From Geopsychrobacteraceae bacterium (GTDB lineage Bacteria; Desulfobacterota; Desulfuromonadia; Desulfuromonadales; Geopsychrobacteraceae): a DNA stretch of 64,000 bases. The notes below the pieces were generated by a model that was not told the DNA's origin, did not search any database, and was given only the letters and a program-made list of their open reading frames with translations. Shown one piece after another: positions 58,206 through 64,000 of the stretch. Where the stretch lies: assembly GCA_963676795.2 (NCBI GenBank), contig CAXXTB010000002.1, positions 416,001 to 480,000 on the forward strand. Direction: 5' to 3'. The translations under genes were made by a program, and so were the position numbers. The stretch's first letter is position 1. Each line of letters begins with the position of its first letter.

Positions 58206-59882
58206 ATGTCGAGTGCCATCCTGAAGCAGCAGATCGGGCGCTTTCTTGCCACCGAGGCCCCGGAAATCATGTCGATCAAGGGGGCCTGGGGGGTCGGTAA
58301 AACCTATGCCTGGAACCGCTACCTGGAGAGTGCCAAAAAGCAGAACCGTATCGCCCTGGAGAAGTATTCCTACGTCTCGCTGTTCGGGATCAATTCGCTC
58401 GCCGAACTGAAGTTCGCCATCTTTGAAAACATGATCGAGCGGCGCGCCATCGGTAGTTTGCCGACGGTCGACAGCTTCAGGAATAACAGCTACGATCTGT
58501 TCAGGTCTTTCGGTAAAAAATCGCTGTCTTTCATTCCCGGGGGCGGGGCCCTGGAAAACAATCCTTTCATGCTCAATTCCCTCGCCTTTCTGGCGCTGGA
58601 AAAGACCCTGATCTGCATCGATGATTTTGAACGCAAAGGCTGCGGTATCGCTGCCCAGGATATCCTCGGGCTGATGCTGCAGCTCAAGGAACAGAAGAAC
58701 TGCAAGATCGTTCTGATTCTCAATGACGGCAACCTTGCCGACGATTCGCTTGCCGATTATCACCGGCTGCGCGAAAAGGTGATCGATACCGAGGTCGGTT
58801 TTATTCCGACCACCGAAGAGTGCGTCGAGATTGCTCTGCACCGCGACAAGATCGGCAAGCTGTTGTGCGGCTACATCCTCAAGCTGGATATCTGTAACAT
58901 CCGGATCATCAACAAGATTGAAAAACTGGCACGGATTCTGGCCGCTCATCTGCAGTCTTTCGACGAGCAGGTCCTGGTCAGAGGGCTGCAGACCCTGACG
59001 CTGTTCACCTGGTGTTATTACAGCCAGGCCGGCGACGCCCCCGACTACCAGTTTGTCTTAAGCCGGACCAGCGCCTTCAGTGATATGGAGGAGAATCAGC
59101 AGCAGACCACGCAGCAGCATCGCTGGAGTGCCCTGCTGCGTGAATATGACAACTATTCGGTCGGGGATTTCGATCTGCAGATCGCCCATCTGGTTGAAAA
59201 CGGCCATGTGGTTGAAAAGGAACTGCACAGCGAGGCGACCCTCTGGAACGAGCAATACCAGCTGTCGAAAACCCACCTGTCCTTTCAGGATGCCTGGGCG
59301 ATGTTCAACGAGTCGTTCGATGACAATGCCCAGGAGGTCATCGAGAGCCTGTCGGGCAGTTTCAGTACCCAGGCCAGGCATATCAGCCCGGTCAACCTGG
59401 ACGGTGCGGTGCGGCTGCTGCGCTTTCTCGATAAATCGAGCCTGGCGAGCAAGATCATCGATACCTACATCCGCAAACGCGAGCGGGAGGTGGAGCTGTT
59501 CAATCTCGCCAACTACGCTCCGGGGGAGCTGCGTGACCGTGAAGTGATCCGCAAGTTCAAAGCGACGCTGGAAAAGGTCCGCTCGCAGCAGAGTCTGGCG
59601 GAACTCTGCGATATTCTGCTGGCAGGCGGGCAGGATGTCGAGCAGGAGGAGCTGTTACTGGCTGAAGCCGAGGTTGCCGATTACGTCGCTTTGTTCAAAC
59701 AGCAGCGCGGCACCAGACTGTCGCAGTACATCGACCTGTGCCTTAAGTATAATCACCTGTCCGGAACCAGCGACCAGCAGAAGACCATCGCCGACAAGGC
59801 CACGGCAGCGTTGCAGCAGATAGCCCGCGAGAGCAAACTGAACGCCAGCCGGGTCAGACGTTTTGGGGTCAGACCCGACTGA
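58206..59882 (+). CDS. KAP-like P-loop NTPase with helical C-terminal region
   Basis: IKGAWGVGKT Walker A, YVSLFG, ICIDDFER Walker B, REKVID, NIR. Confidence 0.8.
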   Translation: MSSAILKQQIGRFLATEAPEIMSIKGAWGVGKTYAWNRYLESAKKQNRIALEKYSYVSLFGINSLAELKFAIFENMIERRAIGSLPTVDSFRNNSYDLFRSFGKKSLSFIPGGGALENNPFMLNSLAFLALEKTLICIDDFERKGCGIAAQDILGLMLQLKEQKNCKIVLILNDGNLADDSLADYHRLREKVIDTEVGFIPTTEECVEIALHRDKIGKLLCGYILKLDICNIRIINKIEKLARILAAHLQSFDEQVLVRGLQTLTLFTWCYYSQAGDAPDYQFVLSRTSAFSDMEENQQQTTQQHRWSALLREYDNYSVGDFDLQIAHLVENGHVVEKELHSEATLWNEQYQLSKTHLSFQDAWAMFNESFDDNAQEVIESLSGSFSTQARHISPVNLDGAVRLLRFLDKSSLASKIIDTYIRKREREVELFNLANYAPGELRDREVIRKFKATLEKVRSQQSLAELCDILLAGGQDVEQEELLLAEAEVADYVALFKQQRGTRLSQYIDLCLKYNHLSGTSDQQKTIADKATAALQQIARESKLNASRVRRFGVRPD

Positions 59883-59941
59883 TTTCAGGCGGTAACGCTC
59901 GGGATCTGACTGTCACAGCGGAGATCGCCGCGGAGGCGGCG

Positions 59942-60445
59942 TCAGTGCTTGCGCCGGAACAGGTCGGTCTTGAGACTGGACACCCGGTCGAGGAACAGGT
60001 AGCCGTCGAGGTGGTCGAGCTCATGCTGAATGGCGATCGCTTCAAACCCTTCGGCGTGAATGACCCGTTGCTGCTGGTTCTCATCGGTGAACTGGACAAC
60101 GATAGTCTCCGCCCGGGTTACATTTCCGGTATAATCGGGAACCGACATGCAGCCTTCGCGGACGATCTGACTGCCGCTGCGTTCGAGAATCGCCGGATTG
60201 ATCATCTGCATCAGGCCGTGATTCTTCTGCTTCTTGCCCAGCTTGCTCTTCGACACATCGACAACGACAGCGCGGCGCGAGTCGCCGATCTGCGGTGCGG
60301 CAACGCCGACCGAGTGGCCGGCAGCGACCATGGTATCGACCAGATCGCTCAGTAGTTTGGCAACGCTGTCATCAAAGGCGCCTATCTCGGTGCAGACAAC
60401 CTTGAGGTGTGGATCGGGGTAAACGAGTACGTCTTTGACGGCCAT
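59942..60445 (-). CDS. def: Peptide deformylase
   Basis: VGVAAPQIG, EGCMS, QHELDHLDG. Confidence 0.95.
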   Translation of the reverse strand: MAVKDVLVYPDPHLKVVCTEIGAFDDSVAKLLSDLVDTMVAAGHSVGVAAPQIGDSRRAVVVDVSKSKLGKKQKNHGLMQMINPAILERSGSQIVREGCMSVPDYTGNVTRAETIVVQFTDENQQQRVIHAEGFEAIAIQHELDHLDGYLFLDRVSSLKTDLFRRKH

Positions 60446-60450
60446 GATCT

Positions 60451-60990
60451 TTACAGCTCCACCGCAGCCAGGGAGCGGACGCTGATATCGACCTGCAGCT
60501 GCTGTTTGAGCTGCGCCATCCAGCCCTCGACCTCTTCAATTTCGGTTCCTTCAGGAAGCAGCGCTTCGAGCATCATGACATAGACCGGTTTGTCCGGATG
60601 ACCGACCAGCTTGGTGTTGAGATCGGTGATATTGATATTGCGATCGCCGAGAACCCTGGCAACCTGATTGACAATCCCCGGTTTGTCCGAACCATAGACG
60701 GAGATCATGCACAGTTCCCCCTTAAGTTCCGGTCTGATCTCGCCGCCCGGCTTGAGGGTGCGGATAAACACCGACAGGTTGTTCTCTTCCAGCGGGGCAA
60801 AGGCCCCGGAAAAGTCATCAGCGCTGGTTTTATCACTGTGGGAGATGATCAGGATCATCGAAAACTGGCCACAGAGGATCGAGCAGCTTGAATCGGCGAT
60901 GTTGAATCCCTGTTGATAGAGGATGTCCGTCACCTGGGAAACAATACCGGGGCGGTCCCGGCCGATAATTGTGAGTGCGAAGTAAGCCAT
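60451..60990 (-). CDS. GcvR-like tandem ACT-domain protein
   Basis: GRDRPGIV and GSDKPGIV. Confidence 0.87.
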   Translation of the reverse strand: MAYFALTIIGRDRPGIVSQVTDILYQQGFNIADSSCSILCGQFSMILIISHSDKTSADDFSGAFAPLEENNLSVFIRTLKPGGEIRPELKGELCMISVYGSDKPGIVNQVARVLGDRNINITDLNTKLVGHPDKPVYVMMLEALLPEGTEIEEVEGWMAQLKQQLQVDISVRSLAAVEL

Positions 60991-61060
60991 GATCTCTCCT
61001 TGCAGAAGTTAGGCTCTGAATTAACGGGCTTATGTTAGAGGATGATGACCGGACTGACAA

Positions 61061-61951
61061 TCAGATAAACAGCTTATCGAAAATCAGCACGCTGAACAGC
61101 AGGGCCATCGAGATATTGGTCAGGTGGAACTGGTAGCGGGCTCTGCGCTCTTCACAGTAGTTTTGGCTCAGTAAAAATAGCAGGACGAGCAGCAGCTGGC
61201 CGGAGAGAAAGAGGATGATGAACAGCGCTCCGGAGATAAAGCCGAACAGTGGAAAAAGCAGGTAGCAGAGCAGCAGGCCGCCCAACCAGCAGTTGTTGAT
61301 CAGCAGCAGCCGGCGGGTCGTTATCCGCTCGAAGAGGTCGGGAAGGCCGCTGCGTTTCAGGTCGTCCCGGTAGAGACAGAGCAGCAACCAGGTGTGGGGA
61401 ACCTGCCAGATGAACAGGGTCGCACAGAGAATCAGGATCGCTGGACTGAACGCAGCGCCTGCAGCCGTCCAGCCGATCAGCGGCGGCAGGGCTCCGCAGA
61501 TGGCGCCGGGGAGTGCGGCGAAGACGGTGATCCTTTTCAGGGGGGTGTAGATGGCGTTGTACCAGAGCGCCGACAGCAGTCCCAAGAGCAGGGGCAGGCT
61601 GCCAAAGTGGCTCAGCAGCAGGATTCCGCCAGCCAGACAGAGGGCCGCAAGGAGCAGGGCACCAGGCGGAGACAGACGGCCTTCCGGCAGGGGGCGCCTG
61701 CGCGTGCGTTCCATGCGCAGATCAAGATCCTGTTCCTGCCACTGATTGAGCGCGGAACTGCCCGCTGCGAGCAGGCCGACGGCGGCGCAGAGCAGCCCGC
61801 CCCCGGCGGGGAGCTCCCCTCCGCCAAACAGGAAGCCGGCTAGGGCTGAGATGGCGACCATGGCCGAGAGCTCCAGGCGGAACAGCTGGCGCAGGATCTG
61901 GGCCCAGAAACGAACCAGGCTCAGCGTATTGATGGCCCTGTCGGTGTGCAT
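61061..61951 (-). CDS. cyoE: Protoheme IX farnesyltransferase (haem o synthase)
   Basis: NQWQEQDLDLRMERTRRRPLP, YTPLKR, GALPPLIGW, WQVPH. Confidence 0.92.
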   Translation of the reverse strand: MHTDRAINTLSLVRFWAQILRQLFRLELSAMVAISALAGFLFGGGELPAGGGLLCAAVGLLAAGSSALNQWQEQDLDLRMERTRRRPLPEGRLSPPGALLLAALCLAGGILLLSHFGSLPLLLGLLSALWYNAIYTPLKRITVFAALPGAICGALPPLIGWTAAGAAFSPAILILCATLFIWQVPHTWLLLCLYRDDLKRSGLPDLFERITTRRLLLINNCWLGGLLLCYLLFPLFGFISGALFIILFLSGQLLLVLLFLLSQNYCEERRARYQFHLTNISMALLFSVLIFDKLFI

Positions 61952-61959
61952 AGCGCTCC

Positions 61960-63174
61960 TTACTGCTTGAGCAGATAATCGATCATCGCGTCGATCTCTG
62001 CGGGGCTCAAGTAGTCGCTGGCCGGCATCATCGGCGGGTACCCCTTGACCAGGTCTGCGTCCGGTTCGAGCAGGGCCCGGCGCAGGTAGTCGGCATCCAC
62101 CTTCAGCGTCACCTCCCGGCCGTCCCGTTCGATGGTCACATCACGATTGCCGATCCCCTGGAAGGTCGGGGCAATCCCTGTACTGCCGTCGTTGGAGTGG
62201 CAGCCGAGACAACCGTTATTGTCGATCAGCTCGGCACCATCAAGCACCGGCTCACTGACCACCGCTTTGCCGAGCAGATAATCGACCATCGATTGCAGGT
62301 CTTCGTTGCTGATGATGCTCTCGTCGTAGGGGGGCATCATCGCATCATAGCCGCTGACGATCTCTGTGTCCGGCTCACGGACAGCCTTTTTCAGGTAGGC
62401 TTCGTCGATGCTGATTTCGATGGTCTGTCCGTCTCTGTCGATCTGGCGTTTGGCGCCGGCCAGTTCAAACAGGCTGGGGCCGATGTTGGCGCTGCCGTCG
62501 AGGCTGTGACAGCCGGTACAGCCCTGTTCGTTGAGGACGATCAGGCCCGGCGGCTCGGCAGTCTTCTGTTCATCCCCCTTGAGCCACTCGGCGTAATCTT
62601 CCTCGCTCATGACCTCGATGGTGGTCAGCATGTCGGCGTGGCCGACGCCGCAGTATTCGGTACACTGGACGTCATAGCTGCCCGTTTCAGGCGCGCTGAA
62701 CCAGACATAGGTGGTCATCCCCGGCACCGTATCCTTCTTGATCCGGAAGGCCGGGGCGAAGAAGCTGTGCAGCACGTCGACCGAGGTCAGGTTGAGTTTG
62801 ACCGGCTTGCCGACCGGAACATAGATCCTGTTGGTACGGCGGCCGTCCGGGTATTCAAACTGCCAGGACCACATCCGCGCGGTCGCGTTGATTTCCAGGG
62901 CGTCGTCCGGGACCGACGTCAATCCGATATAGTTGCTCCAGCCGTACCAGAACATGGTCAGGACAATGAGGATCGGCACAATGGTCCAGATCGTTTCGAT
63001 GATCCAGTTGCTGTGGGCATCCGAGGTCGGTTCCGGGTACTTTGAGCGCCGGTATTTGATGACAAAGTAGATGGTGACCACGGTGATCGCCAGCAGCAGA
63101 AGCAGGGAGAAGCCGAAGATATAGATCAGCGTATTATCGACAGCCTGGGCCGTTGGGTTGTTCAGCGGATTCAC
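61960..63174 (-). CDS. coxB: Cytochrome c oxidase subunit II with two C-terminal c-type haem domains
   Basis: Two TM helices, WSWQF, DVLHSF, CuA site CTEYCGVGHADM, CTGCH and CLGCH. Confidence 0.94.
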   Translation of the reverse strand: MNPLNNPTAQAVDNTLIYIFGFSLLLLLAITVVTIYFVIKYRRSKYPEPTSDAHSNWIIETIWTIVPILIVLTMFWYGWSNYIGLTSVPDDALEINATARMWSWQFEYPDGRRTNRIYVPVGKPVKLNLTSVDVLHSFFAPAFRIKKDTVPGMTTYVWFSAPETGSYDVQCTEYCGVGHADMLTTIEVMSEEDYAEWLKGDEQKTAEPPGLIVLNEQGCTGCHSLDGSANIGPSLFELAGAKRQIDRDGQTIEISIDEAYLKKAVREPDTEIVSGYDAMMPPYDESIISNEDLQSMVDYLLGKAVVSEPVLDGAELIDNNGCLGCHSNDGSTGIAPTFQGIGNRDVTIERDGREVTLKVDADYLRRALLEPDADLVKGYPPMMPASDYLSPAEIDAMIDYLLKQ

Positions 63175-63183
63175 AGATCTCTC

Positions 63184-63477
63184 CTAACGATAAAGAATAT
63201 CGGTAAAGGTCAGACCGACAAAGATAGCCAGAATCACCAGCAGCGTCAGAAGCCCGAGTTTGAACAGTCGCGACTCCTGTTTCAGATGCATGAAGATGAA
63301 GATGACCAGGCTTGACTTGCAGGACGCAATCACCAGCGCAACCCAGATATTCAGCGCACCAAGATGAATACGTGAAACGACGACTGTGACCACCGTCAGA
63401 ATCAGCAGAGCGACCCAGATCAGAACGAAGGTCCGGTAAGGGACCGGCTCATGTTTATGTTCTTCGTGTGCAGACAT
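63184..63477 (-). CDS. Cytochrome c oxidase subunit IV family protein
   Basis: Three TM helices, IASCK..LV..IFMHLK. Confidence 0.9.
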   Translation of the reverse strand: MSAHEEHKHEPVPYRTFVLIWVALLILTVVTVVVSRIHLGALNIWVALVIASCKSSLVIFIFMHLKQESRLFKLGLLTLLVILAIFVGLTFTDILYR

Positions 63478-63485
63478 GGCTCACC

Positions 63486-64000
63486 TCACAGAATCAGATA
63501 GTAAAGCGGGAAAAGGAAAATCCAGACCAGGTCGACCAGGTGCCAGTAGAGGGCGCTGTTTTCCAGCAGGGTATAGCGGTCGCTGGTGACCTTGCCTTTG
63601 GCAACCAAGATGGCTACGACACCGATCAGGCTGCTGCCGATCAGGACGTGGAGGCCATGAAGTCCCGCGGTAAAATAATAGAGATTGAAGAAAACCGTGA
63701 TCCCCGGGCCCATCTCGGCAAGGTGTTCGGAGCCGGGATAAATACCGTGCCCGATTTCCGCCGACCACTCGAAGTATTTGTTGATCAGGAAGACAATCGC
63801 CAGAACGATGGTGATAACACTCAAAATGATCGTTTGTCTGATCTTGTTGCGCTGAATCGCCGTGATCGCGAGGGCAATGGTCAGACTGCTGGTCAGCAGC
63901 ACCAGGGTGTTGACGGTGCCGAAATAGATGTTCAGCTTATGACTCGCTTCGGCAAATTCGTGCGGGTGCCTTGCCAGGGAGACCGCGTAGAGGATGAACA
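63486..64000 (-). CDS. coxC: Cytochrome c oxidase subunit III (N-terminus beyond window end)
   Basis: NTLVLLTSS, GLHGLHV, LYWHLVDLVWIFLFPLYY; frame open to the window edge. Confidence 0.93.
   Translation of the reverse strand, partial: FILYAVSLARHPHEFAEASHKLNIYFGTVNTLVLLTSSLTIALAITAIQRNKIRQTIILSVITIVLAIVFLINKYFEWSAEIGHGIYPGSEHLAEMGPGITVFFNLYYFTAGLHGLHVLIGSSLIGVVAILVAKGKVTSDRYTLLENSALYWHLVDLVWIFLFPLYYLIL

Noticed and set aside
1..64000. CRISPR arrays, tRNA/rRNA genes, integrases, prophage, retron or DGR components
   Set aside because: None seen; the only RT is embedded in canonical group II intron domains, and no regularly spaced repeats were found

Overview
A 64-kb, mostly housekeeping chromosomal window. 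Gene content (system II cytochrome c maturation, Geobacter-like T2SS, FapA, dihaem CoxB) suggests a Desulfuromonadales-type deltaproteobacterium; this is inference. In order: end of a pyruvate dehydrogenase operon (aceE-aceF-lpdA); a complete group II intron with an RT/maturase ORF; an MCP; a sigma54-activated operon (BKACE/Kce-family enzyme, 3-hydroxy-acid dehydrogenase, thiolase, CoA-transferase); pilT; several small regulators and redox proteins; a full gspABCDEFGHIJKLMN cluster; a two-component system; a FabX-like flavoprotein; haem genes (ahbD-like, hemE, hemH, hemY), ResB/CcsB; cbpA-like dnaJ, FapA, USP, UDG, a KAP-like NTPase, def; and the end of a cytochrome c oxidase operon. Best leads: (1) The intron (3980-5920) sits inside one arm of a non-coding, terminal-inverted-repeat, hairpin-rich element that has a second copy at about 48251-48616. 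The intron shows a perfect EBS1/IBS1 match and a non-canonical 5' end, and the second copy contains a plausible vacant homing site. (2) A self-contained catabolic cycle for an unknown free 3-hydroxy acid, with readable -24/-12 promoter and enhancer palindromes. (3) A hybrid HemE/HemY/HemH/AhbD haem route. All family calls come from motif recognition by eye; no database searches were run.
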